Shown: positions 28,450-38,184 of the stretch, piece after piece
Layout: the number at the start of each line of letters is the position of its first letter
How positions within the stretch are numbered: the first letter of the stretch is position 1
Assembly: GCA_018829445.1 (NCBI GenBank)
Contig: JAHJTV010000066.1
Location: 79,649-143,648 of the forward strand
Source of the DNA: a bacterium
GTDB taxonomy: Bacteria; SAR324; XYD2-FULL-50-16
Direction: 5' to 3'
Length of the DNA: 64,000 nt
Notes under the pieces: model-generated
What the model saw: only the letters and a program-made list of their open reading frames with translations
What the model was told of the DNA's origin: nothing
Database searches by the model: none
Program-made: the position numbers and the translations under genes

Positions 28450-29692
28450 TTTGGATCTCTTTTTTTTCTAATTGATACCCTTTTTCTTTGAAAAGCTGTT
28501 CACAAGCCTTTACTACATTCGGATCATATAAAGTCCCGCTGTTGGAAGAAATATGATCCAATGCCTTATCCAGATCGTAGGCAGGTCGGTGCGGTCTGGA
28601 AGTGGACATGGCGTTCATCACATCTGCCACAGTCAGGGTGCGGGCCTCAATCAGGATTTCATCTCCTGAAAGTCCCAGGGGATAACCCGAACCATTCCAT
28701 TTTTCATGGTGTTGAAGGAGAATATCCGCCAGAGGCCAGGGAAATGAGGTTTTATTGAACAGATTGAAGGCAATCCCGGGGTGGGATTGTATGATATACT
28801 GTTCATTTTCAGTCAATATCCCATTCTTGTTTAATATGGACTCATTGACCTGGAGGTACCCAATATTGTGTACATGCGCCGCCATTTTTATTCCCTGGGT
28901 TTGCTTTTTGGAGAGCTTCAATTCTTTGGAGATATTGCATGCCAGGTTTGCTACCTTCAGAGCACTGCCGGTTAAATAAGGCGTACGATATTCAATTGCC
29001 CGGCTGATGGATTGGGCAAGCCCGTCTGTTGTCAATTCCAAATCGGATATTTGACTCTGTGATTCCTGCCTCATTTTTTCAAAAACCTGGAACTGCTCTT
29101 CAAGTTTTGGATGTGATCTGACTATTTCCCTTAACTCCCTGTTAGATCTTTCCAAATCCCTTTTGTTTTTAAGAGCTGTCTCATAGGTCGCAAAAAGAAG
29201 ATCAAGAATCTGAATTCGGGTTGAATTGATCTGGTGCTTCTTGCCGGCTAAGTATATCTGGAGTCCAATATTGGAACCACTTTGCCGACAAACTTTCTCG
29301 TTGATAAGAATGTAGTTGATACGAGAAAGCAGATATGCTTCATCATAAGGTTTTACTATAAAATGATCTCCGCCGCATTCCAGTCCCTTGATGATGTCTT
29401 CGGGGTCTGAGAGAATCGTCAGCATAATTACGGGAATTGTGTTCCATTTTTCATCGGATTTAATGGTACGGCAGAGTTCGAACCCGTCTATTCCAGGCAG
29501 GAGAGTATCACAGATAATAACTTCAGGTTGAAAAGTCTTGAGGGATTCAAGGGCTTCCGCACTATTGCTGGTAAGGGTAACGGCATATCTTTTCTTTTCC
29601 AGTAGAGAGCGAAGATTTATTGCCTGGTTTAGATTATCTTCCACTACCAGAATATGAGCTTTTTTCGAAGATTCTTTATCTTTTGCCACCAT
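28418..29692 (-). CDS. response regulator with an HD-GYP-type output domain whose HD dyad reads HN
   Basis: The ORF track start is 29809. The ATG at 29692 follows RBS GGGAGG ([20 protein letters not shown]). REC ([13 protein letters not shown]). Output domain motifs are [10 protein letters not shown] (canonical HDxGK) and [14 protein letters not shown] (HHExxDGxGYP). Overlaps cheB by 17 nt and the downstream hybrid kinase by 32 nt. Confidence 0.85.
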   Translation of the reverse strand: MVAKDKESSKKAHILVVEDNLNQAINLRSLLEKKRYAVTLTSNSAEALESLKTFQPEVIICDTLLPGIDGFELCRTIKSDEKWNTIPVIMLTILSDPEDIIKGLECGGDHFIVKPYDEAYLLSRINYILINEKVCRQSGSNIGLQIYLAGKKHQINSTRIQILDLLFATYETALKNKRDLERSNRELREIVRSHPKLEEQFQVFEKMRQESQSQISDLELTTDGLAQSISRAIEYRTPYLTGSALKVANLACNISKELKLSKKQTQGIKMAAHVHNIGYLQVNESILNKNGILTENEQYIIQSHPGIAFNLFNKTSFPWPLADILLQHHEKWNGSGYPLGLSGDEILIEARTLTVADVMNAMSTSRPHRPAYDLDKALDHISSNSGTLYDPNVVKACEQLFKEKGYQLEKKEIQNGRQDKNTDS

Positions 29693-30755
29693 GATTATCC
29701 TCCCTATGAAGTGTGAGTTGAACAAGTTTTTCCGCAATTTTCTCAGGAGGCAGCTCAAATATGGCTGCTCCCAGTTTTTGCGCTTCGCCGGGCATGCCAA
29801 AAACAACACAGCTCTCTTGCTGCTGAATGATGGTGACAGCTCCCAGTTCTTTCAAACGCAGAAGGTCGCGGGCTCCATCTTTGCCCATTCCCGTCAGCAA
29901 TATCCCTACTGCATGACGTCCAAAAACTTCGGCAACCGATTGAAACAAATGTGAAACCGCAGGGCGCATATTCTCCTGCGGATGACCATTACAGAGAATC
30001 ACCTGATTTCTTGAATTGATTCCCATTTGAAAACCGACAGGAGCTAGATAGACATTACCGGGTTTTAGATAGTCTCCATGCCTTGGTATATGAATAGGAA
30101 GCTGAGATGTCTGGGATAGCCAGTCGACAAATCCCTGTAAAAAACCTTCGGCGATATGTTGAACGATGACAATGGAAACGGGGAAATACTTCGGGAGCAG
30201 CGAAAGAATGATTTGCAGCACCGGTGGTCCACCGGTTGAGGCACCTATAGCCACAATTCTGGGAGGGAAATAACTTAACCGGGGAGTTGTATCGTACCAG
30301 ATTTGCTGCTGTGAATGTGATCCCCTGGAGTCTTTTTGTTTATAGCGACGGATTACTTTAATCTCTGACATTGTTTTAATGGTGTCCACCAACTCTTTCG
30401 CTTTTTGCTTAAATTGTGGATGGTCAAGCCCCGGTGGTTTTTCCACCATGGAGACCGCCCCGGTTTTCATCACCTGAAAGGAGGTTTCCACACATTTCGG
30501 ATCCAATACGGCGGTTACAATAACTATGGGAACCGGCTTTAATTCCAGTATTCTACGAGTAGTTTCCAGCCCGTCCATTCCAGGCATTTGGATATCCATG
30601 GTAATCACATCCAGTTTACGGTTTTCGATAGCTTGCAATGCTTTTTCACCACTTTCGGCTGTTCCGATAACATTGATATCGGGGTCAAGATTCAGAATGT
30701 AAACCAGAAGGTCACGAACGACCAAAGAATCATCCACAACCAACACATTGATCAT
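29676..30755 (-). CDS. cheB: protein-glutamate methylesterase CheB (REC + methylesterase)
   Basis: 359 aa. REC (INVLVVDDS...VITMDIQMPGMDG) and an esterase domain (IVAIGASTGGP, VQHI, GMGKDGA). Confidence 0.9.
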   Translation of the reverse strand: MINVLVVDDSLVVRDLLVYILNLDPDINVIGTAESGEKALQAIENRKLDVITMDIQMPGMDGLETTRRILELKPVPIVIVTAVLDPKCVETSFQVMKTGAVSMVEKPPGLDHPQFKQKAKELVDTIKTMSEIKVIRRYKQKDSRGSHSQQQIWYDTTPRLSYFPPRIVAIGASTGGPPVLQIILSLLPKYFPVSIVIVQHIAEGFLQGFVDWLSQTSQLPIHIPRHGDYLKPGNVYLAPVGFQMGINSRNQVILCNGHPQENMRPAVSHLFQSVAEVFGRHAVGILLTGMGKDGARDLLRLKELGAVTIIQQQESCVVFGMPGEAQKLGAAIFELPPEKIAEKLVQLTLHREDNHGGKR

Positions 30756-30913
30756 AATTTTCCTCTGAAGTTTTAAAAAGAAGTTGGTTTCTGGCAGAGA
30801 ATATCCCCCCGTATCGCTGGTAAACTAATATGTACTTATCTGAATTCATGGAACTATATAATAGAGGTTACTTATTTTCGGACTCTCCTCCAATTCCGTA
30901 ATTGAAAGCCTGT

Positions 30914-33205
30914 TTAAATCATATGCCTGATTACATCCAGTAGATTGTTCTGGTCGAAGCTGCTCTTCATGATGTAAGCGTTAGCGCCGGCTTCCATGCC
31001 ATGTTCACGATCTTCCTTTGACTCAAGGGCTGTCACCAGTATCACTGGTAAATCCGATAGTGTTTCATCCTCTCGAATATTGCGAGTCAGGTCAAAACCA
31101 TTCATTCGAGGCATTTCAACATCGGCAACCACCAAATCATACGGTCGCTCTTTCAATGAAGTTATGGCATCCAGGCCATCCACCGCAGTATTAACCTCGT
31201 AACCAGCGGACTCCAATATATTCTTAAGCAGTATCCTGGCCGTTACCGAATCGTCCACCACCAGCAAACTGTTTTTATGCCCTGCTTTTTCCGTTTCGGT
31301 TTTTACCATGGTGATTAAGTCTTTACCGATTTTTCTAGTGTGTTGCATTAAATCAGGAACATTGAGAACTGGTACGATTTTTCCTTCATCAAAAACGACA
31401 ACACCGGCAATCATTTTCACTCGGGGCAACTGTTTTCCCAGGTTTTTTACCAATCCTTCCCGTTCACTGATAACCTGCTTCACGGAAACTGCAATACGAT
31501 CATTGCCATATCTTAACACAACGATCTGTGTCAGATTTTCGTTTTTCTCCTGTTTTCGAGATAGTTCCAAAACCTGATTAAGGCTTACAACAGGCACTGT
31601 TTGATCATCTACCAGAATCGTTTCCCGGCTTTCAACGGTCTTAATCTCTCCGGGTTTGATTTGGAGTACCCGTTCCACATTTACGGTAGGAATTAGGAAA
31701 TATCGGCCCGCAGTTTGTAGAAGAACTCCCCGGAACAGTGAAATACGGACCGGCAACTGCATCCTCAGTGACATACCTTTGCCCGGCTCCGATGTCAGCG
31801 CCAGATTACCATCAAGTTTATGGGTCTTTTCCTGAACAATGGACAATCCAAGACCTCTTCCGGAAATATCGGTAATGATCGGACTGGTTGATACTCCTGA
31901 CCGAAATACCAGGGCATGAATTTCATCGGATGATAACTCTCTCTCCCGGTTTTGAGAGATGACGCCCTGCTTAATGGCAATGGATTCCAGTTTTTCCGTG
32001 TTTATTCCCCGACCATCGTCTGATACAGTTAGTTCGATCAAATTTGCGTTAAGCTGCGAAATGGTAACTTCAATTTTTCCCTGCCGGTTTTTACCGAGGC
32101 GTTCCCGTTCTTCCGGTAACTCAATGCCATGATCGACAGCATTTCGGATCAAATGAATCAACGGATCTTTCATCTCTTCGAGAATACGGCGATCGATTTC
32201 AATTTCACCCCCATCAATCATCAGTAAAACGTCCTTCTTCTGATCCCTGGCAAGATCGCGTACCATTTTAGGGAAAAGTTCCATTAAAGATGAAAATGGT
32301 AGCATCAAAACTTTTTTCATATCGTCCAGTTGCGAATCGACTGCCTGACTCAAAAACCGGTGATTCTCTTCCACCGCTGTTTTCAGTTTTGTAAGTTTAC
32401 CCTCGATCTCCTTTATAAATAACTGATTCCATTTCATAAAACTCAATAGACTGACAGTTGAAAATGTCTTCGCCTCATCAACTATTTTGTCTGTAGGCAT
32501 TCTCCCCGTCGGTGTTTGAAGGCCAAGCTTTGCCCATTCCTTATGCCATTGCTCCAGAGAGTTGATTACTTGCCTAAGATTCTCTTCATGTTCTGCCAAA
32601 GCTGACTTGGAAAAAACCATTTCCTCGGTCTTCAGAATAATCTGATTCAGTCGACTCAGTGAAATGCGTACGGTATCGGAGAGTTTTATTTCGGACGGCA
32701 ATGATTCCTTTTCGATTTTTTTTTCAGTATTACCTGCACCTTTATCGACTATTTCGGGGCAGATTGATTCTGAAGTCTCATCGGAATCCGGCGGCTCCAC
32801 CCCTTCTTCTTCCATTATCAATTTTTTAAGATCTTCCAGCAATGGAACCAAAACATGTTGAGTGGTCTCAGGAGAGCTCAATCTTTCGCCAATGGCGTCC
32901 ACGGATTGATAAAGAATGCTAAAGTGTTCTGTCTTAGGGTACTGTTTCTTTTTTTTCCAAACACTAAAGAGATTCTCAAGAGATTTGCAGACCTCCTCGA
33001 TATCATTCTTGTCCACTGCTCTAGCAGCGCCCTTCAAACTGTGGGTTTCCCGGAAGATTCTTTCCAGGGCGCCCTTTCGTTCTCCATCATCGGAGGTTTG
33101 ATCGAGCATGACCAAATCGGAAGCGATGATTTTTATATGTTCATCGGCTTCTATGTCAAAAGCCGCTAATAATCTCTTTTTAAATTCTTTTTCACCCTGA
33201 CTCAT
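30914..33205 (-). CDS. cheA: CheA histidine kinase fused to a C-terminal receiver (CheA-REC)
   Basis: 763 aa. HPt (ETHSLKGAARAV), HATPase (HLIRNAVDHGIE, DDGRGI, GRGLGLS), a CheW-like domain, and REC (LLVVDDSVTAR...LVVADVEMPRMNG). No obvious P2 domain. Confidence 0.9.
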   Translation of the reverse strand: MSQGEKEFKKRLLAAFDIEADEHIKIIASDLVMLDQTSDDGERKGALERIFRETHSLKGAARAVDKNDIEEVCKSLENLFSVWKKKKQYPKTEHFSILYQSVDAIGERLSSPETTQHVLVPLLEDLKKLIMEEEGVEPPDSDETSESICPEIVDKGAGNTEKKIEKESLPSEIKLSDTVRISLSRLNQIILKTEEMVFSKSALAEHEENLRQVINSLEQWHKEWAKLGLQTPTGRMPTDKIVDEAKTFSTVSLLSFMKWNQLFIKEIEGKLTKLKTAVEENHRFLSQAVDSQLDDMKKVLMLPFSSLMELFPKMVRDLARDQKKDVLLMIDGGEIEIDRRILEEMKDPLIHLIRNAVDHGIELPEERERLGKNRQGKIEVTISQLNANLIELTVSDDGRGINTEKLESIAIKQGVISQNRERELSSDEIHALVFRSGVSTSPIITDISGRGLGLSIVQEKTHKLDGNLALTSEPGKGMSLRMQLPVRISLFRGVLLQTAGRYFLIPTVNVERVLQIKPGEIKTVESRETILVDDQTVPVVSLNQVLELSRKQEKNENLTQIVVLRYGNDRIAVSVKQVISEREGLVKNLGKQLPRVKMIAGVVVFDEGKIVPVLNVPDLMQHTRKIGKDLITMVKTETEKAGHKNSLLVVDDSVTARILLKNILESAGYEVNTAVDGLDAITSLKERPYDLVVADVEMPRMNGFDLTRNIREDETLSDLPVILVTALESKEDREHGMEAGANAYIMKSSFDQNNLLDVIRHMI

Positions 33206-33216
33206 GGTTAATCCAT

Positions 33217-35256
33217 CTAAAATGAGTATTTTCCCACCAGTAGTTTTAACCGTTGCCCAACATCGCTTAATTCTCCAGCGGACACTTCCAGTTGCCTGGA
33301 GTTGTCCAGGGTTTGTTCACTGGCTTGTCTGACATCATTCATTGCTTTTGACACCTGATCCATGCCCACCAGTTGTTGTTGGCTGGATACGGAGATCTGG
33401 GTTGCAGCCTGGGCGGATTCGGTTACGTTTTTCGCTAGTTTACGAATGGATTCTCCCATCAGCATCCCCTGTTTTTCCGTGGCATCCACCACCTTTCCAC
33501 CCTGTTCCGTTGTCAGAACTGTTTTACTTACAGCTTTTTGAATGTCATTCAGGATATTCCTGACATTGATAGTGGCCTCTTTGGACTGATCAGCCAGACG
33601 ACGGATCTCCAGGGCTACTACATTGAATCCTTTTCCGTATTCGCCGGCTTTAACAGCTTCGATGGCAGCATTAACCGCCAGCAGGTTTGATTGTTCGGCC
33701 AGATCCGCTACTGTGTTGATGATGTCCCCTATAATCTGGCTTTGCTCACTCAGTTTTATGGTGCTCTCAGCAATAAAATCCATCTGTTGTTTAATGTCAG
33801 CCAGTCCACTGATTGATTTTTCCGTTATTTCAATCCCATCCAGTGCTGCCTGTGAAACTGCCTGTGAACTGTCAGAAACCATTTTGGCCTTTTGATGGGC
33901 GATTTCGGCTGTCTGCCTGACTTCATCCACCGTGGTGGATGTTTCGCTGACGGCAGCAGCTGATTCGACGGAACTGGAAGCCAATTGGGATACGGATTCG
34001 GAGACCTGTTTGCTGGAACTTGCCAGGATATTGACACTCTCCATGATTTCGCTGATCTGAGTTCGGAGGTTTTCCGTCATGATGACCATATTGGCATAGA
34101 GTCCCCGCTTGTCATGGACTGATCCCAGATCCAAAGATAGATTACCTTTGGCTATTTCCGACACTATTCTTGCCACCTCTGCCGGTTCTCCTCCCAACTG
34201 GCGCATTACGGTGCGTACCAGAGTGAATACGATAACAGTACCTAATACAACTGTTAACAGAATACCGAAAATAACAACATTGTTAGCCAGGTTAGCAGTA
34301 TTAGCCGTCACTTTTGACCTTTCAGCCAGCAGGTTTTCTTCGATACTGATAAATTCTCCAGAATTAGCCCGGATTCCATCCATGGTTTTTTTCCCGAGGC
34401 CTGATGCCACCATAGTTGCCACATCATCCATGGAGATTGTAATTTTGTTCACCTCATTTCGGGCTTCTATTTCCGGATAAACCGCTTTCTCCAGCCACTC
34501 CTTTATCAAGGATTTCAGATCATCTATCTCCGATAAACCATTAACGAGATTTTCACTACTAGTAACAAAGTTTTTATATGTTTCCAGGTTTTTATTCAAC
34601 GAAGTATGCCCCTGGTGAAAAATCTCAAGTGATTCTTCCAAACCGTTCAGCAGAAATCCCCTCTTACCCGTTTCCATATTTACCAGATCTATTATCAGTG
34701 CTTGGACACGGTTTTGCCCCATTTGATTTTTATTTCTTTGGTGTTTTTTATCCATTGTTGATAAGACATCACGGATTTTATCGAAGATCCGTTTCCCATA
34801 AACCCTTGATTGTATCTCCTTGAAATTCGCCTGGACTTCGGCACCTTCGTTTACCTTTCTTTTTGCTGCTATCTGAACTGTGGCTATCATTTCGATCCAT
34901 TTTTCAGCCTGCTTTTCTATCTCCTCCAGCAGTCTTACCTGTGATGGATTATCACTAACCATGATTTTAGTAGCCGCCATCACTTTGGTAAAATCTTCCC
35001 GACCTTTGTTATAAGGGTCAAGAAACGTCTCGTTGCTTCCAACCAGAAACCCACGCAAGCCGGTTTCCATGTTTATCATTTCTTCCACCAGCCTGTTTCC
35101 GTTTCCAATCACTTTATAGGTATGTGTGACTAGTCTGGAGTCTTCAATCAAAGACTCTATGCTTTGATACACAACTATTCCAATCACAATCACCAGAATC
35201 AAAATAATGCTGTTACCTAATATCAGTTGAGTTCTGAACTTAATATTGTCTAACAT
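33217..35256 (-). CDS. methyl-accepting chemotaxis protein with duplicated CHASE3-like periplasmic sensor
   Basis: 679 aa. CHASE3-type motifs occur twice (HTYKVI...METGLRGFLVGSNETFLDPY; METGKRGFLLNGLEESLEIF). TM2, HAMP and signalling domain follow. The hairpin tip is divergent (LLAVNAAIEAVKAGEYGKGFNVVALEIRRLA). Confidence 0.85.
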   Translation of the reverse strand: MLDNIKFRTQLILGNSIILILVIVIGIVVYQSIESLIEDSRLVTHTYKVIGNGNRLVEEMINMETGLRGFLVGSNETFLDPYNKGREDFTKVMAATKIMVSDNPSQVRLLEEIEKQAEKWIEMIATVQIAAKRKVNEGAEVQANFKEIQSRVYGKRIFDKIRDVLSTMDKKHQRNKNQMGQNRVQALIIDLVNMETGKRGFLLNGLEESLEIFHQGHTSLNKNLETYKNFVTSSENLVNGLSEIDDLKSLIKEWLEKAVYPEIEARNEVNKITISMDDVATMVASGLGKKTMDGIRANSGEFISIEENLLAERSKVTANTANLANNVVIFGILLTVVLGTVIVFTLVRTVMRQLGGEPAEVARIVSEIAKGNLSLDLGSVHDKRGLYANMVIMTENLRTQISEIMESVNILASSSKQVSESVSQLASSSVESAAAVSETSTTVDEVRQTAEIAHQKAKMVSDSSQAVSQAALDGIEITEKSISGLADIKQQMDFIAESTIKLSEQSQIIGDIINTVADLAEQSNLLAVNAAIEAVKAGEYGKGFNVVALEIRRLADQSKEATINVRNILNDIQKAVSKTVLTTEQGGKVVDATEKQGMLMGESIRKLAKNVTESAQAATQISVSSQQQLVGMDQVSKAMNDVRQASEQTLDNSRQLEVSAGELSDVGQRLKLLVGKYSF

Positions 35257-35322
35257 TTTACCTCCTTGAATAATATGGACGCCAACTATAATGACGTTAT
35301 ATCGATATCTGCGTAACCTTTT

Positions 35323-35874
35323 TTAAACCTCTTGATTCACGCCGATTTTTTCATCCAGCAAAATTTTTACAATATCAAGAATCACCAGACGATCCCTGGT
35401 GAATCCCCTCAAGTACTCTGCCTGAATCCCGCTCAAGGTCTGCAAGGGTGGCTGAATATCAGCGATCGGAATAGAGTGTAAGCCGATGATGGCGTCTGTC
35501 AATATTCCAAATTCCATCACTTTGTTGTGAACGATAATGACCTGATTAAGATTGGTAATCCCTTTGTCCGGCAGATCAAAAAAACTCTTAAGGTCCATCA
35601 CCGAGAATATCTGCCCCCTGACGTTGATTATTCCCAATATGTAAGGCGGCAGAAACGGTAATGGTAGTAGTTCGCGTAAGTGAAAAATTTCATGTATATA
35701 CATGGCTTCAATACCGTAACGTTGATGTGCCAACTGAAATTCGACGATTTCAAGACAGATTCCTTCGAGTTGCTCATCCACCCTTGTAGCCGCAAGTTCT
35801 CTGGCACGTTCTCTTAGTATTTCCCTTTTTTTTTCGGGTGTAAGATTCGTCCTGTTCTCTCTTTCTTCAACCAT
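35323..35874 (-). CDS. cheW: CheW-like coupling protein
   Basis: The ORF track start is 35904; the ATG at 35874 (MVEERENR) follows GGTGAGG. CheW fold motifs present (GIINVRGQIFSVMDLK). Confidence 0.85.
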   Translation of the reverse strand: MVEERENRTNLTPEKKREILRERARELAATRVDEQLEGICLEIVEFQLAHQRYGIEAMYIHEIFHLRELLPLPFLPPYILGIINVRGQIFSVMDLKSFFDLPDKGITNLNQVIIVHNKVMEFGILTDAIIGLHSIPIADIQPPLQTLSGIQAEYLRGFTRDRLVILDIVKILLDEKIGVNQEV

Positions 35875-35969
35875 GTAGACCTCACCGGTTGGAATTTGAC
35901 ACATCCTGGAATTTGGTGTCGAAGTAAGGATTCATAATCGTTTCAATACGCACATTTTGCCAAAAGCAT

Positions 35970-36148
35970 GGATTACGGTAGGGCGGGGTTACATCCTCGC
36001 CAGAACTAACTCAAAGGCGGCTATGTAAGGCCGCCCTACCCGTTTGAAAAACTGAATTTTGTATCGAAAACATCCTTATTTAAGCGCTTATGGGGTTATA
36101 TCCCCGCCTGTAATTCCTTCAAGGTGGCCATATAAAGCCGCCCTACCG
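35970..36148. repeat. composite REP-like repeat, copy B, plus an adjacent partial second unit
   Basis: 35970..36094 matches 15504..15659 (over 90% apart from the 31-bp duplication in copy A). 36092..36148 repeats the GGGGTTA.ATCCCCGCC ... GGCCATA.AAGCCGCCCTACCG unit. Confidence 0.9.
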
Positions 36149-36195
36149 TTCAGGAAATACGTAATTTACTCCAAAAAATACTTATATGAACGCCC

Positions 36196-37641
36196 TTATG
36201 AATCAGGTCTGGTTAAAATACTGATATATTTTTTTAGATTTCCTGCTGTCATCCCTTCGGAATTCGGAACCGGATTTTCATCTGCCGATTTCGATAGCAA
36301 AGAAAGCGCCTGGTTAAAATACCGGTTTGACTCTTCGATACGGGCTTGACTGCGGTTGAGGTTTCCCAGTAAAACACAGGCCAGAATAAAACCTGAATCA
36401 AGATAAAGTACCTTCTTTAGATCTCTCATCGCCTCATGGATATTGTTTGATTCTTGATAAACGTTGGCCCTTAGAAAATATAAATCGGGATTCAGTTTGT
36501 CGTCGGTAATACACTTGTTACATAACCTTAATGCCTCTTCAAATCTGGCTAGGTTGGTATAGATTTTTATTAACCACTGAATTGCCAGAAAATCGTTTGG
36601 ATTCTTCTCATGAAAAACCAATACCTTTTCCAGGGCTGACAGATAATGGCCTTTTGCGTATAAAACTCGGATTTTCTCCAGCCCCGATTCAACCGTAATC
36701 TCCGGATCAATTTTGCTCCCGATCTCAGTTAGTGCTGACTCTGAAGGGGAAGACATCTGAGCTATTGGAGAAGCTGGCGCCATGTAGGCGGCTTTATTGC
36801 CTTTTCTGTAAAACACGGCATTTGAGATTGTTTCGGCTTGGTATTGTTTGAACAACATCTGTGAAGTCTCTGCCGGACTGACAATCAGACAGCCGTCTTC
36901 TGCCAGATAACCGTAAAGAGAATCTATAACCTGTTTTACTCGGACCGGATCGAAATACATGAGAACATTACGGCAAAAGATGATATCCGACCCCTGAATT
37001 TTACTTGTTAGATGATAATCGATTGGATTCACAAGGTTGAGAATACCGAAATTCACCATTTTTTGAATGCTGGGCAAAAGCTGAAACCGGTTGTTTTCTG
37101 CAGGCTCAAAGTATGTCTCTAATAGCGGCGAAGGCATGTTTCTAAATGACCAATTTCCGTAACATGCTGATTCGGCTTTCTGCAAAGATTGGGAATTGAT
37201 ATCGGTGCCCAGGATTGAGATTCGCCAACGCTTCAAATCGGGAATCAACCGATCCAATAAAATGGCCACCGAATAAGGTTCTTCTCCCGAAGCACAACCG
37301 GCACACCAGATCTTCAGTTTCGGGTTGGTTTGTCGTCGCTGATCTATTAACTCCGGTAACACATGATACTCCAATGCATTAAACACATGACGATCCCTGA
37401 AAAAATAGGTTTCTCCCGTGGTTAGATAAAGGATCAGAATGTTTATCAACTTTGCCTGGTCAGGGGAGGACAGTATCCAACGAATACAAGTTTCAGCTTT
37501 CTGATGTCCAAATTCCGCTGCGGCAGAGGTCATTATTTTTTCCAGGTTTTTAAGCTTGTCCCTGGGATAGAATAGACCGGTTTTTTCCGCGATAAAATCG
37601 CTGAATCTTGTGAGCAGATGGTTTGATAGAGTAGGAGTCAT
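36196..37641 (-). CDS. cheR: CheR methyltransferase with C-terminal TPR domain
   Basis: 481 aa. CheR N-domain plus SAM-binding domain (ETYFFRD, KIWCAGCASGEEPYS, IFCRNVLMYF), followed by ~180 aa of TPR-like repeats. The start overlaps the upstream cheW stop by 4 nt. Confidence 0.9.
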   Translation of the reverse strand: MTPTLSNHLLTRFSDFIAEKTGLFYPRDKLKNLEKIMTSAAAEFGHQKAETCIRWILSSPDQAKLINILILYLTTGETYFFRDRHVFNALEYHVLPELIDQRRQTNPKLKIWCAGCASGEEPYSVAILLDRLIPDLKRWRISILGTDINSQSLQKAESACYGNWSFRNMPSPLLETYFEPAENNRFQLLPSIQKMVNFGILNLVNPIDYHLTSKIQGSDIIFCRNVLMYFDPVRVKQVIDSLYGYLAEDGCLIVSPAETSQMLFKQYQAETISNAVFYRKGNKAAYMAPASPIAQMSSPSESALTEIGSKIDPEITVESGLEKIRVLYAKGHYLSALEKVLVFHEKNPNDFLAIQWLIKIYTNLARFEEALRLCNKCITDDKLNPDLYFLRANVYQESNNIHEAMRDLKKVLYLDSGFILACVLLGNLNRSQARIEESNRYFNQALSLLSKSADENPVPNSEGMTAGNLKKYISILTRPDS

Positions 37642-38120
37642 GGCTTCAATAAGGTTTTTCCAGGGGTTTCAAGAGTTTTCTCCAGCATTTTTTCTACTTG
37701 AAATGAAAGCAATTGCTCCGGGTTACAGACATAGATCATTCCTTCGTCACAGGCAATCGCACCTTCAATATAGTTCATATCCGATAATATGCTGCTTGCC
37801 CGAACAATGTCCTGCACAGGCGGATCAGTGATACTGCATACTATATCGACCCAAAGAGCAAAAGTGCGTCCGGGCGTATTCGTTATAATCAATTGGTCTA
37901 TGGGATCCATTTCTCTGGCTGGTAAACCAAATAGTGAACGAGTATTAATTACCGGTATAATTCGTCCATAATAGTTGATTAATCCCAGAATCGCTTTTTG
38001 TGCCTCCAGCAAAGGTGTAACCTCAACCGCCCTTATTACTCTTTCAACCATTGAGACCTTAAGAGCAAATAGTCGGGTCTCTATTTTAAAAACAAGAAGT
38101 GAATTTAATGAATTTTCCAA
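37638..38120 (-). CDS. cheW: CheW-like coupling protein
   Basis: 160 aa. LVFKIETRLFALKVSMVERV...GLINYYGRIIPVIN is CheW-like. Confidence 0.8.
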   Translation of the reverse strand: MENSLNSLLVFKIETRLFALKVSMVERVIRAVEVTPLLEAQKAILGLINYYGRIIPVINTRSLFGLPAREMDPIDQLIITNTPGRTFALWVDIVCSITDPPVQDIVRASSILSDMNYIEGAIACDEGMIYVCNPEQLLSFQVEKMLEKTLETPGKTLLKP

Positions 38121-38184
38121 TTTCTACGCTCTCCATATCCATTTTTTGATATCATAGATTATTGAGAAAACAGTGCCGTGCCTA

